Part shown: positions 39,532 to 53,041 of the stretch, in pieces
Layout of the letters: each line of letters begins with the position of its first letter
Position numbering within the stretch: the first letter of the stretch is position 1
NCBI RefSeq assembly: GCF_006345805.1
Contig: NC_042997.1
Coordinates: 28,644,001-28,708,000, forward strand
Reading direction: 5' to 3'
Source: Octopus sinensis
Lineage: Eukaryota
DNA: 64,000 nt
Made by a program: the position numbers and the translations under genes
Notes under the pieces: generated by a model
What the model was told of the DNA's origin: nothing
The model's database searches: none
The model's input: the letters and a program-made list of their open reading frames with translations, nothing else

Positions 39532-40262
39532 TTAAAAAAATTATAAGCAATGAGACACATGCTTGATTGGCCTCGTTGTTTATATATTTAGTCTATGGCG
39601 TCCCTGTTGATGAAGACTTCGCCTGGTAAAAACTTATTTTATTGTCCTTTTCAAATCCACTACGCAAGCGCAGTCTTTTTTGTCGGCATCGAGGATGTCC
39701 GGCAAATTCTTCGAACGAATCTACCAGAAATCATTATACATAATTCATAATATCAGGGTAATGAAGATTTTAGAAATGTTTTCTACCAGTAAACTAGCGT
39801 ATAGAAAAATAGACTATATATTATTCGTATAAAATACAGTGTACGTTAAAAACACATTAAGAGGCTTCCATCATAGGAATCCTTTACGTTAGAAAGAACA
39901 GATATTTTTGTCGGTAGCAATTAGTGGTTTGGACTTTCACTGTTCTTTCTAGCGTAAAGTATTCCTGTATATACATATACATAATTATGCATATACAGTG
40001 AGAGAGAGGGAAATAAATAGTGGGCGAGAGACGGGGAGAGAGAACGAATTATGTTGTTAAACACGTTGTAAACAAACTGTCCAACAGGTAACACCTTGCC
40101 TTATCTCCTATAATTTTCTCTGTCGTCTATATATTTATACTTAAGAACTCATATGAACATTTTTAGTGTCTGCTATCATTCTGTCTGTATGCATACATAC
40201 ATGTATCATACACACACACAAACACACACACATACACACACAAATATAACATATATATATAT

Positions 40263-40528
40263 AATATTAATTAGAGACAAAACCACTATTATGCAAATCA
40301 AACAAAGAATGACTTAATCCAATACATAAAAAATTTTATATAAATTAAATAAAATTAATTATATTTAATTTATATAAAATGTTTTATGTATTGGATTAAG
40401 TCTTTCTTTGTTTGATTTGCATAATAGAGGTTTGGTCTCTAATTAATATTGTATTATATTTTACTATAAAATTGGATTCAATCCTAAATCTGATTTTTCC
40501 CTGTAAATTTGGATTTATTCCCTAATAT

Positions 40529-40540
<12 letters not shown>
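40263..40540. mobile_element. Fold-back element (188-bp palindrome + ~85-bp tail) between (TA)n tracts; arms homologous to the PLE B tail
   Basis: 40263-40450 is self-complementary. The arm matches 10470-10540 and 59590-59660, and the tail is shared with 59668-59730. Confidence 0.8.
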
Positions 40541-40580
<40 letters not shown>

Positions 40581-41239
40581 CAGCAGATGGGTAATGGTTG
40601 AATAATTGGTCCTGTTTCTGTCGAATTTGAACGGATGAACAGATCATTACAACCGTTTTCAACAGGTTAATATACGCGAATTACACATTTAATTCTCAAA
40701 GTCAGCAGTTCGTTCAACTTCGTGATTCCCTGTATTTAACTCAGCCCGGTGATTTACTATTTAAGTGATTGATTCACTTGAATCCTGAACTCTTGTATTT
40801 ATATTGCATATCACATTCAAGCTATTCAATTTGTTTATCCGCATGATTGTCTCAATATCTGTTACCTGGCTTCCTCTTATAGCCAAAATGTACCCCGAAT
40901 CACACGTAAAGATATCTAACTTCGAATCATTTGAGTGTTAAGTATTGTCTACAGCGATAAACTTTGGATCTGGATCTGTCTATCTATCTATCTATCTATC
41001 TATATCTATCTATCTATCTATATCTATCTATCTATCTTTCTATCTATCTATCTTTCTATCTATCTATCTATCTTTCTCTATCTCCGTGTGTGTGTGTATG
41101 TGTGTATGTCTGTGTGTGTCTATCTGTCGCTGTATGTATATAAAGTACGGTGGTTTAGTTCACAGGTGATCTAAGGTAAGTGCTCTAACGTCTGATACTG
41201 GAAATGGCAGCAATAATAACAGAAATATCACGATCGATT

Positions 41240-41700
41240 CATCTAATACCACCCTAGCCACTACCAGCATTAACTCATCTCTCTCTTCAATTAACCATCG
41301 TACAACTGATTATTGCAACTGCAGGTTCCAGACAGACTATCCGCTGCAAGCCCAATGCAGAACATTCAATGTCGTATACTAATTCACCGTTCACAAATTA
41401 ATAAATAACTACTATAGATACGACATTAAATCTACCACAATTTTTAGACAGAGATATAATGTATTTTTGAGCTCGTTTAAATATAAAGTCAATAGCAACT
41501 CCACATCACCTGATAAACATCTACACCATCTAATTAATAGAAAATATAATATAAACTTTCCTGAGCTATAGTAGAGTCGTGTATCCCGTATCAAGGACAA
41601 CACACTTGCTTAAAAGAAACCCTCAAAACTTTAAACCATAACTCACCACAATTGCTTAGTAAACACAACGAAGCCTTAACTATCTGGAACAACAAATACT
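41240..41700 (+). mobile_element. Degenerate PLE GIY-YIG remnant (A-type)
   Basis: Reads CNCRFQTDYPLQAQCRTFNVVY, then FRQRYN...SFKY and CLKE...LLSKHNE, matching the PLE C-terminal pattern. Confidence 0.6.
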
Positions 41701-43199
41701 TCTGCACTTTTAAATTCTTCCAAAAATCTAAATGTAAGTTCATCCCTCACGAACAACACCCATATAAAAACCACTATGATCATTAATACATACACTTCCA
41801 TATCTCTTCTATCTCTCCTATATCTCTATATCCCTTCTATCTCCCTTATTTCATCACTTTATGAGATAAATATTATTGCTTTAATTCATCCTTAAATTAT
41901 TTTAAAACCTTAACCCAATAGATCACCTAATACTTAATTCTAACTCCCACTCATAAATAATTTAACATTCAGCAATAACCCCATTGCTAAAAATAACGCA
42001 CACACATAACCCCATTGCCAAAAACAACTCTACAGCCACTGACCTTAGCCAGAACGGACACAAGTATTTACTACTAGATTTCCTCACCAAAACCTATAGA
42101 CTAGAATAATACCACCGACACCATCTACTCTCTTTAAATTCCTTTCCTTTTACTCTATTTTCTCCTCATCTTCTCCTTTATCTTCCCAACTTTACCTGTG
42201 CACTATATTCGTAGACACTATACGACTATATACCTTACCTTATACTGAAGACAATCCTTATTCCCCACCTCACTCTATCTACTTTTCCTATTTATTTTGT
42301 TTTTTCTTGATGTTTACCATACCAGGACTTTAACCCACATGGATCTACGCAGGATCGAGCCTAAGGACTTATGCACTTATTTCTACAGCATCCGAAATTT
42401 GAACTGTGAACTTTACATGCTTCTTTTTTCTTCGCTATTTTCATCTCCTTATTTCTTTACTATTTTACTCTATGTCGTCATTTCATTAATGTAAATGCTT
42501 TTCATTTTCCCTATTTCTGTCTGCTGATGGAATATCCCATACTCTGGGATATCCCCCAAACAACCAACCATAAGATGTTGAATCCATTTCAATAATGTAT
42601 ATGACTTCAGATGCTTGGTTTGCCTTAACGTTTGCTCTCCTCTTTAACAATTATATATCTGTAAGTATGTATCTATGTATATATACTAAGAAATTCAGCT
42701 TGAAATATTTGCACTCCCTTCCAGGAAGTAATTAATCAACGTCTCACGATTATAGCTACATCTCTTCAAATTACGCCCTGCATCGTCAAAAGCATCTTTC
42801 ATTTGCAACATATGTATTTCACACCATTATTCTAAAATTATGAGTAATCGTTTTGGAAATTTCAGATAAATCCGTCACATACATAAATGATAAAGTGGAA
42901 GAGCTATTCTGATACAGATATAAAATAAGTTTATTTTAACACCGTGGAACACACGTCGTGAATGATTTATTGATTGTCGAAAATATCTCATATGATAGGA
43001 GGGAAAAAGAAAAAAATGTAAGTAGTAAAATTTACAATGGTATATTCTCTAAATTGAACAATTTACGCAGCGACAAATTTACATGGATTGCGGAAGATAA
43101 GAAAAAAAATCAAAATCTACATTATACCTGCAATTGTTGCAAAAACACGTTGCATTCTAATAATTTTACAGAAAATTCAGTTCGGCATATATGAATATT

Positions 43200-43205
43200 A
43201 CATAT

Positions 43206-43238
<33 letters not shown>

Positions 43239-43270
43239 TAAATGGGGGTCTGTATGTGTGCATATATATA

Positions 43271-43343
<73 letters not shown>

Positions 43344-43370
43344 TACATATACATACATGCATATATATAT

Positions 43371-43404
<34 letters not shown>

Positions 43405-43405
43405 A
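43200..43405. repeat. (TA)n-rich microsatellite
   Basis: Direct reading. Confidence 0.95.
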
Positions 43406-43409
43406 TGAT

Positions 43410-43834
43410 GAAGTAGATAAAGTAGCCGCCTGGGTTACTGCTCCCAGCTATGGTCAACTACCAGCGTAAAATTAACAGAGGACCTTGAAGCAGTTCAGCG
43501 AAGCTTCACCAAGAAGATCATCTCTTTGCAACCGCTCAGATACTGAAGCAACTAACACCGTATTCCCTGAAGCGAAAAGATTCTGGAAGGAATAGTGCCA
43601 AATTTTGGCATTTCCATAAAGTATATGTAGGCGTTTTTAGATCAAGTCTGGACCTCTTCCTCTCGAGAGTCCCAGAAGAACCTACCTCATGGCCAAAGGG
43701 GCAAATGAGTGTAGCGACATCAAACTCCATTCTGCACCAAGTGCGACATATTAAAAGAAGGTCTCAATAATAAAAGTGTAGCAAAACGGCGGTGCTCCAG
43801 CATGGCCGCAACTATGAGCTAAAACTACAAAAAG

Positions 43835-43835
<1 letters not shown>
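43410..43835 (+). mobile_element. CR1/L2-type LINE 3' end
   Basis: Broken frames read SQLWS, EDLEAVQRSFTKKI, YSLKR, ILEGIVPNFGI and LDLFLSRVPEEP. The 3' UTR contains ggcggtgctccagcatggccgca. Confidence 0.75.
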
Positions 43836-43876
<41 letters not shown>

Positions 43877-44353
43877 ATATATATATGTTTATATATATGC
43901 ATATTTTGTAGGAATTATCAGTAGTGATTGCTCAAATGGTCGATGGTTTGTCAAATTACGTCAGCCAGAATATATGTGTGGTTGATATAGCGAAATGCTA
44001 ATGCGTATATTAAAAGTTAATATAAACAGCTAGGTGTAATATAATACCATAAAGATAAATTTTCATCATCTCTAAGTTTTCAATAAGACCGCCGAAGTCC
44101 TACATTGCTCGAGGTAACAAAAACTCTTCATGTTGTAAGAGGAATGCAATATATTTACACTCACAAACTATTGACTGTTAGAGTACACACCACTGGCAAT
44201 ACTTGAATGCATGTTGTTGTTCAGTTTTATTTCAAGATTTCTTGCCAATAGTGCAAGTTCCGTTCTCCAGCTTATCTGCAAGTCTCCTTCATTGGAATTC
44301 CAACAACACTAACAGGTCATTATTGTATGTATGTATGTATGTATGTATGTATA

Positions 44354-44735
44354 GGCGCAGGAGTGGCTGTGTGGTAAGTAGCTTGCTAACCAATCACATG
44401 GTTCTGGGTTCAGTCCCACTGCGTGGCATCTTGGGCAAGTGTCTTCTGAGTGGATTTGGTAGACAGAAACTGAAAGAAGCCTGTCGTAAATATGTATATA
44501 TATATATATGTATGCGTGTGTGTGTTTGAGTGTATGTGTTTGTCCCCCTAGCATTGCTTGACAACCGATGCTGGTGTGTTTACGTCCCTGTCACTTAGCG
44601 GTTCGACAAAAGAGACCAAATAGAATAAGTACTGGGCTTACAAAGAATAAGTCCCGGGGTCGATTTGGTCGACTAAAGGCGGTGATCCAGCATGGCCGCA
44701 GTCAAATGACTGAAACAAGTAAAAGAGCAAAAAAA
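44354..44735 (+). mobile_element. tRNA-derived SINE, family 2 (internal ~35-bp deletion)
   Basis: Head ggcgcaggagtggctgtgtggtaag...ggttcagtccc, central (TA)/(TG) tract and 3' tail ...ccagcatggccgcagtcaaatgactgaaac. Confidence 0.88.
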
Positions 44736-44738
44736 ATG

Positions 44739-44769
<31 letters not shown>

Positions 44770-46329
44770 GTATGTAAGTATGTATGTATGCATGTGTGTA
44801 GATTTGTATGTTTTGTTTTACGTATGTATTCACATGCATATAGTTTCATGTGTATACATGCTCATATATACTTAAATGATAAATTTCTGGAAACTTTTAC
44901 GGGTTTTTACAGTTCCATTTATGGCCTGGATCTTTAGATTTCGAATCAGATTTCTAATTTCTGGGTTTCAGAAGCCTGCTTTCACAAGACCGGTATTTAG
45001 ACAGTGTGTAATATATAGTAGTGCACGAATAATTTCAGGTATAAACTCAAACTTGTAATCTGGACATGGTAGCTGTGGTTTACTCAATAGTTCAGAGTAG
45101 TTATTTTCGTTTTCGCTCATCTTTAGCTACATGTTAACATCTGCTGGACAGTTAATTTCCGCAATTGTGCATAGTTTCTCTTCTCTATCCCAAATCATTA
45201 TGTCAGGTTTACTATTCTTACATTCTATTGAGGTTTTCACCGGGGCATTTCCCCAGTACTCCTTTTTATTATGAGTGGCTATGACTTCTACCATACTTAT
45301 TACTTGGCCTTGCGGTTATCGTTCCGACGGATTTCATTATAAAGTGTCCAAGCTGTAAGTATGTATGTTTGCATGTGTGAGTGTATGTATGTATGTATGT
45401 AAATATTTATGTATGTATTTGCATATGTATGTGAGTATGTATTTAAAGTCAAAGCAATACGAGACAGATATAAGGAAAAGATAAGAGAGTCAGGAAAACA
45501 CGTGAGTAATTGACTTTCAGTTTATGTGTGTTCATTTGTGTGTGTCCGCGTGCACGTTTCTGTATGCAATTTAAGTTAAATTTTCTCCGCTCAGATTACT
45601 AAGAGTTGAACACTATTTAAAAATATTTATTTTATACGTCTTTATTCATAATTATAACTGTTGCATTTTTTCAAAACTGTTCTATATTCTGACTTGCTGT
45701 TTATCTCAAACATATTCCCTAACTTCTATTAATGACCATTCGTTGTACTTTCTGCCTATTATACATCATACCTTAGATGCACATGGCAATTTTTTTCTGA
45801 CACCCTCAATTGATAGGAAGATCGTGTTCAGTTATTCTCTTCTTGGTATTGGTTATCATATGTCTTTGGATTTACCATGAATCTCTTTCGAGAAAAGTGA
45901 AATGAATGAGGCGAATTCGGTTATATTAAAATTTTTCTGAATTTTCTATAATTCTTAAGGGAGTTAACTGGACCATTCATCATATTCAATTGTCAACGGT
46001 TAGAGGAATTGGAGAAGGCTACAGTGTCTATAGAATCGTGTATGAATAATATCCGTGGATTTCTCCAAAAAAAATGAATAGTGCAATTTTACATATAGTG
46101 TAGAACTATGATATCCTTTATTAGAATTCAAATGCCAGTAACACCATTAATGAAAACCATCAAACTTTATGAAACGTAGAAAAGGATACAAAAGCAATTG
46201 GTATCAATCACGGTAAAAACCTATCTGCTTTTCATTTTGACACCGTATTGTACTACATCCTTAAATAAATTCTTGTCTTTTCTATCAAGGCAGCAGTGAT
46301 CAATGGATAGGTAAATGTGTATCTCTCCA

Positions 46330-46700
46330 ATTTTGACTATACTCATAATCTTGTCTTTACAGCTCCTCTCATGTTGATGCACAAGTCATTTTAACATCCT
46401 TAACAATGCTGAAAAATCACACTATACTTCACCATCAATAACGTTTGATGACATCTGCCACTTTGTTTGAAGGATGTCACGGTACAATGATTCCAAGTAG
46501 CTTTAATTCTATCATGCCTCGTGCGAAAAAATCCTTACACGCAAGGGAGCAGAAGAGGGTGCCTGTAACACGCTTTAAACCATCTAAACGTGGGCGAACT
46601 AACTGAGCGTCAGCAAGGATTACTTTCTGAAGGTTAAATGTGCTGTGAGCTTTTGGTTGAAGTCATGCAAAACACAGACAACGGAAATTAGTATCAATGT
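46330..46700 (-). mobile_element. Highly degenerate RTE-type LINE remnant
   Basis: Minus frame reads YRDILQTKWQMSSN, resembling the RTE IL.IKWQ motif. Confidence 0.4.
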
Positions 46701-47830
46701 TTGAATCCTTGGTACATATATTATACTGTTATTGACAATAAGGAAATTATTATTGTATGTAAAAAAATCCATTCATCACTTTTGTTATTAATGAACTTGT
46801 CATCACTATATTGCTAATTAGCAAACTGCTCAGGATGATATAGATTTGAAGTTTACATTCTATTACACGAAAAATACCATTCAATTGCTTTAAATTTATT
46901 GGCAAAGAAACACATTATGAAAAAGAATCTCATCTAATGAAGAGGTTACAGACCAAGTACAGAATAATTAGATAACACTGTTATCTCTTTCTGAGTCATT
47001 TGCGTTGATCCATGGTTTTCAATTATTTTATGATGGTAGTAAAATAGGCATTTATGTGATATTGTAGTCCAGTACAGATCTACCTGTTATAGATGGAATT
47101 CGAAACTACTAATATAGATATTTAATAAAAATGTTATCACAACAAACAGGGTATTTATGAAGCATCTGAACACTAAGTTTTGTATTGTACTCACTTTAAA
47201 GTAGGAAAGGGTTTTCATTTGATCTTAATAAAATTTGGGTCTCAAGAAATTTGTTCAACGTCGGTAAGTTACATGCACAAATATATGTATATATGAACAC
47301 AATAGTATATATGTTTTGCTGTATATTAAGAAAGTGTGTACTTATATATGAACATGAATATTTATTCTCTGTGTGTTCGAGTATGAACATATTTGATACT
47401 TCATGATATTTTATGCAGGATATATAGAAATTTATTTTATGCATCACTATCGTATATGAAATATTATATGTGCAATTTCCCATGTATAAGGAAGTTTATG
47501 TGCTCCTGATATTAAACTAATACCATATATATTTCTTGGTATAGATTTATATGATTATATATATATATATATACAGTACGAATATTCAAGAGTGAATATT
47601 TATATAGATATTATTATTGCTTTTATTATCGAGTGCAATATAAATAATTGATAACGCCAATAATAATATATGTGGCTGCAGGCCTAAAGTAGCATTGTAT
47701 AGCCATATATTTAACATTCATATGCTAAGGGCATTCGTGTGCCTTTATCATATAAATTTTATATACTTACATACCTACATACACAAACGCATACATATAT
47801 ATATATCTGTAAAACAACAACAACAACAAC

Positions 47831-47892
<62 letters not shown>

Positions 47893-48193
47893 TAATAATA
47901 ATATAATGTAACAACAAAAGAATGAGACATCGGTATTAGTCAAATAGATGATTATATATATACATACTTATATATATATATATATATACATACACGGAAC
48001 AAATAGCCTAACTACCCTTGCAAAATCAGAAATTGGCCTAATTTGAAAGAACATTAAAAGAAAATAGTGCTAAATTTAGAGGGGCAAATAATTTAGTATA
48101 ATGGTCCAATAGTATAAGAAGATGTTAACTGGTTTCAAGCAATTAAATATAAGCTTTAAGCCATGTTTACAGAATTTGATATTGTAGATTTCT

Positions 48194-48623
48194 TTTTTTT
48201 TATTGCCCACAAGGGGCTACACACAGAGTGGACAAACAAGGACAGACAAATAGATTAAGTCGATTATATTGACCCCGGTTTATAACTGGTACAAATTTAA
48301 TTGACCGCGAAAGGATGAAAAGCAAAATCTACCTCGGCGGAATTTGAACTCGGAACGTAGCGGCAGACGAAATACCTATTTCTTTATTATCCACAAAGGG
48401 CTAAACACAGAGAGGATAAACAATGACAGAGAAACGGATTGAATCGATTATATGGACCCCATTGCGTAACTGGTACTTATTTAATCGACCCACCCCGAAA
48501 TGATGAAAAGCAAAGTCGACCTCGGCGAAATTTGAACTCAGAACGTAGCGGCAGACGAAGTATTGCTAAGTATTTCGGCCGGCGTGCTAACGATTCTGCC
48601 AGCTCGCCGCCTTACATATTGTA
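48194..48623 (-). mobile_element. Family-1 SINE partial dimer inside one 16-bp TSD
   Basis: TSD gatattgtagatttct at 48178-48193 and 48624-48639. A complete unit (48376-48613) is followed by a head-less unit (48194-48375) and a poly(A). Confidence 0.85.
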
Positions 48624-48871
48624 GATATTGTAGATTTCTATGCATTTATTTCTAAAGAACTGCTAGATAAAGCCCTCACTTTCGCAGGCTAGTGAAAAAG
48701 ATAAGGATATAATCATCCATGCTAGAAAGACCTTACTCCTCGGCGAGAATGCAGAGTGGGTTAATACAGCATACACGTTAGGAAAAGCATTTGGCTTTTT
48801 ATATGGCCGATGCTCTAGCTTTAACTAAGAATACCAATGGACCAGCGCAAGGTCAGTTAAGTTAGGATATT

Positions 48872-49249
48872 GGTGGAAGCACTCCGTCGGTCACGACGAC
48901 GAGGGTTCCGGTTGATCCGACCAACGGAACAGCCTGCTCGTGAAATTAACGTGTAAGTGGCTGAGCACTCCACAGACACCTGTACTCAACGTAATTCTCG
49001 GGGATATTCAGCGTGGCACAGAGAGTGACAAGGCCGGCCCTTTGAAATACAGGTACAACAGAAACAGGAAGTAAGAGAAAGTTGTGGTGAAAGAGTACAG
49101 CAGGGATCACCACCATCCCTGCCGGAGCCTCGTGGAGCTTTAGGTGTTTTCACTCAATAAACACTCACAACGTCCGGTCTTGGAATCGCAACCGCGATAC
49201 TACGACCGCGAGTTCGCTGCCCTAACCACTGGGCCATTGCGCCTCCACT
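48872..49249 (-). mobile_element. tRNA-derived SINE, family 3, full length with TSD
   Basis: Head gtggaggcgcaatggcccagtggttagggcag; 11-bp TSD gttaggatatt at 48861-48871 and 49250-49260. Confidence 0.9.
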
Positions 49250-51022
49250 GTTAGGATATTAACCAACTTATTTAAACATTCGATCCTAGCGTAAAAATGG
49301 ATACCAACCTGACAGTTGTCTATTCTCTTGACATATCTCTAGATTTACAAAAGAATATTTACAAACCCTTTAAGTAGCCCAACGACAGTGTTTAAGAATT
49401 TAGATAAGAATATTAGTAGGACAATTTCTAGTCTCTCCGCCAGTATTTAATAATGCTGCCCTACTACATAACAATACACTTAAAGCTAGTGGATTTAACA
49501 TGGAAATAAGTTACAGCCCTATTATTAGTCCAGAAATAAAGAAAAGTAAACATAGAGACGGGAAAATTTCCTTTTTCATACCGCTTACTACCCGCAAAGA
49601 ACCCTTTCATATTGGTAAATATTTCTTGTCACTTATAGATAGACATTTTCCAATACATCGCAAATATAGAAAACTCTTCAATAGACATAACCTAAAAATT
49701 AGCTTTAGTTCCACCCCAAACTTTAAAAGTATAATTACCCAAAATACAACACAAAACCACGATTCCGGCTGTCCCTTCAGAGATAAAGACATGTGTCCAC
49801 TAAATGGAGCCTGTATGACCAAGACCATTATGTATAAAGCCACGGTAAATTCCATGAACGATAATAATACAGTTACATCCAAGAGATATATGGATGTCAC
49901 AGAGAGTATTTTCAAAGCAAGATAAAATAATCACACCTTAAGCTTCAGACACTGGAATAGACGAAAGACTACCAAATTATCCAGGTACATATGGTTCTCA
50001 AAAGAACAAGGTGTCAACTACAGAATTTACTGGAAGCTCTTAGCCAAGTGTAAACCTTATATCAACGTTAGTGGCAAGTGCGATTTTGTAATATGGAAAG
50101 ATGCCTCATCTGCAAAAATTCCTTCGACGCTGTTACATGTTTAAATTCAAGAACTGAGATCTTTGGTTCATGTACATATGTCACAAAATAACTGTTAAGG
50201 TTTGGGGCCCTCTAAGAGCACGGCTACCATCCACATTTCTATTATGCTCCTGCACAAATTTCCAGTATGTCTTCCATACACCTTTTAAATTGTGTTAATG
50301 TGTACGTGTTTATGTATATGCACATATATATAATATATACATACAAACACACACACACAAGCACACACATGCTCTCTCTCACTTTCTCCCCATTCATCAC
50401 CCTCTTGTACTATCTTATATCCCTCCCCACCATTACACACTCAATAACACTATAAAGATGGTCAAAATGTTTTCCCCAAGATCTTAGACCCACATTGGAG
50501 TAAACATCCTGACCAACTACAAAAGAAACCAGCAAAACATTTTTTTTTCTTCCCCCTTTCCCTTTTCTTCTTCCCCTTCATTTTCTTTCACACACCTTTC
50601 AGATACAAACACACACACACGCGCACACACACGCTCACACACACACACACACAAGCTCTCTCTCTCTCTCTCTCTCTCTTTCTCCCCATTCATCACCCAC
50701 TTGTACTATCTTATATCCCTCCCCACCACTACACACTCAATAACACTTTAAAATGGTCAAAATTGTTCCACTGTAGCTTAGTTCAATTTGAAAACTCCAC
50801 AAGAATGGACGAAAGCGCTAATATATATGATATATGATATAAGTTATATGATGTATAAAGACGTGTAATATACAAATAAATATCTGTAAATATAAAACCA
50901 TCCCAATTTCTGAGTACCTCATTTCTTCTAATATAAAATACCTGTACAGCATCTCCATACCTTTTATTATATATATATATATATATATAAGGAAAAATTT
51001 TTTAAAAAAATTTTTTAAAAAA

Positions 51023-51102
51023 CAAGTGTCTTCTGCTATAGCCCCGGGCCGACCAATGCCTTGTGAATGGATTGGTAGACGGAAACTGAAAGAAGCCTCT
51101 CG

Positions 51103-51103
<1 letters not shown>
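51023..51103 (+). mobile_element. Family-2 SINE fragment
   Basis: Nearly identical to the same part of the copy at 51898. Confidence 0.75.
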
Positions 51104-51137
<34 letters not shown>

Positions 51138-51139
51138 TA

Positions 51140-51197
<58 letters not shown>

Positions 51198-51897
51198 TAT
51201 TATGTGTATGTGTATATATGTCTGCATGTGTATATGTATATATTTGTACATGTGCGAGTGGAGATGTGTAAGGGGAGGGTATATATATATATATATATAT
51301 ATATGTTTGTATATATGTGTGTATGCATATATATATATATATGTACATGTGTGCGTGTGATTGTGGATATGTGTGTATGTATAAGTACGTACATACATAT
51401 ATGTTTATATTTGTGCGTATGTCTGCATGTACTTATACCTGTTTCTGTGAGTCTGTAGGTATGTAGACGTTGCGAACGCAGGGATATATATCTAAGTATT
51501 GTGAGAATATGGTTGTGTATATTTTTGTACATATATATATTTTATAAATATTTTTTAATCTTTTCCCACCAATTAGAGTTACTTCCATATATTTAATGGT
51601 TTTTCGTAGCGTCTGTTGCCATTAGTAGCAGACGAGAATATATCGTAGCTCTTCTCTTCGGCATTTGAAACTTCGAGTAGTATAATGAAAACCTTTGACT
51701 TCTTGTTGTAATTTAGAACACACACACGCACGCACACCCACCCAAACACCCCCATATATATATATATTTTGTTATTTGTTAGGGAAGAAAAATCCCGGCG
51801 TTACGGGGATTCACATAAATTGAATTATTCTCGATAAGGAAATATAGGTAATTTAGAGATAGAAGTCCCCCTGCAATTTATGAAATCCTAATATACA

Positions 51898-52315
51898 GGC
51901 GCAGGAGTGGCTGTGTGGTAAGTAGCTTGCTAACCAACCACATGGTTCGGGGTTCAATCCCACTGCGTGGCATCTTGGGCAAGTGTCTTCTGCTATAGCC
52001 CCGGGCCGACCAATGCCTTGTGAATGGATTTGGTAGACGGAAACTGAAAGAAGCCTCTCGTATATATGTATATATATATATGTATGTGTGTGTGTGTTTG
52101 TGTGTCAGTGTTTATCCCCCTAGCATTGCTTGACAACCGATGCTGGTGTGTGTTTACGTCCCCGTCACTTAGCGGTTCGGCAAAAGAGACCAAATAGAAT
52201 AAGTACTGGGCTTACAAAGAATAAGTCCCGGGGTCGATTTGCTCGACTAAAGGCGGTGCTCCAGCATGGCCGCAGTCAAATGACTGAAACAAGTAAAAGA
52301 ATAAAAGAGTAAAGA
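51898..52315 (+). mobile_element. tRNA-derived SINE, family 2, full length
   Basis: Complete head, body, microsatellite and 3' tail ending in aagtaaaagaataaaagag. Confidence 0.9.
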
Positions 52316-52861
52316 GTATACATCACACCATATCATAGAATTTTATTTTAATACTTACTATATCAGTTCCAAATTTCTTTCCTACACGTGTTTCATGAGG
52401 TGCGTTCAACGTTCCCTAGATACTCAGTCTTTTTCAGAAACATGTCTTAACTGCAACCCCAATCATGAAGACTTTTCATAACTTTCTAATAATTCAATAA
52501 CTCTTTCTATATATACTAATATTTTAACAGTTACGAATGTAACTAACAGGCAAATTAGCGCGTGCGCAATTAAATTCGCCAAACCGTTCCGTGCAAGTCA
52601 CAAATTAATTGATTAAATATTAAAAATTTACAAAATTTAATCCAAACGTGACTTATTCCTATAAACATACATATAAATTTATAATATGTAGGAATGAAGG
52701 AAATTGTAATATAAAATGAAAAGTATGTATAATAGTGATGATATAATAAGGAAAGGACTACATGAGATAGTGATGATGAAGTAAACAGTGACAAAGAAAT
52801 ATATATTCGAATAAAAACTATAGTTAAAAGATGACGTAAACAATACGACTGAATGACAAAA

Positions 52862-52934
<73 letters not shown>

Positions 52935-52990
52935 ATGTGTGTGCTCATGACTTAGTGTTTTGCTTTTACCACGGGTATGAGTAAGCATTT

Positions 52991-53041
52991 ATCACTGACG
53001 AAGGGAGGTTTCTTATGAACTAACCCTGAAATCGGTCCGAT
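52991..53041 (+). ncRNA. Type I hammerhead ribozyme in a solo ~270-bp PLE-type terminus between (TA)n tracts
   Basis: Reads atca-CTGACGA-aggg(...)ccct-GAAA-tcgg-TC-cgat. The core is intact with a GUC site; there is one A.C mismatch at the base of stem I. Confidence 0.72.

Larger units (their letters stand above)
48005..50215 (+). mobile_element. Degenerate PLE remnant E (A-type), interrupted by two SINE insertions
   Basis: Reads FTEFDIVDF | YAFISKELLDKALTFA, IIHARKTLL and IYKPFK. ORF 49500-49925 has CPLNGACMTKTIMYKATV...RYMDVTESIFKAR, followed by TKLSRYIW and LNSRTEI. Confidence 0.85.

Noticed and set aside
42520-42570. ctgatgg + hairpin after the PLE remnant
   Set aside because: Both core segments are mutated (CUGAUGG, CAAA), and there is no cleavage triplet context.
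48872-49249. tRNA genes at SINE heads (also 57540, 51898, 30585)
   Set aside because: The tRNA-like heads continue into SINE bodies, some with TSDs, and no complete cloverleaf is present.
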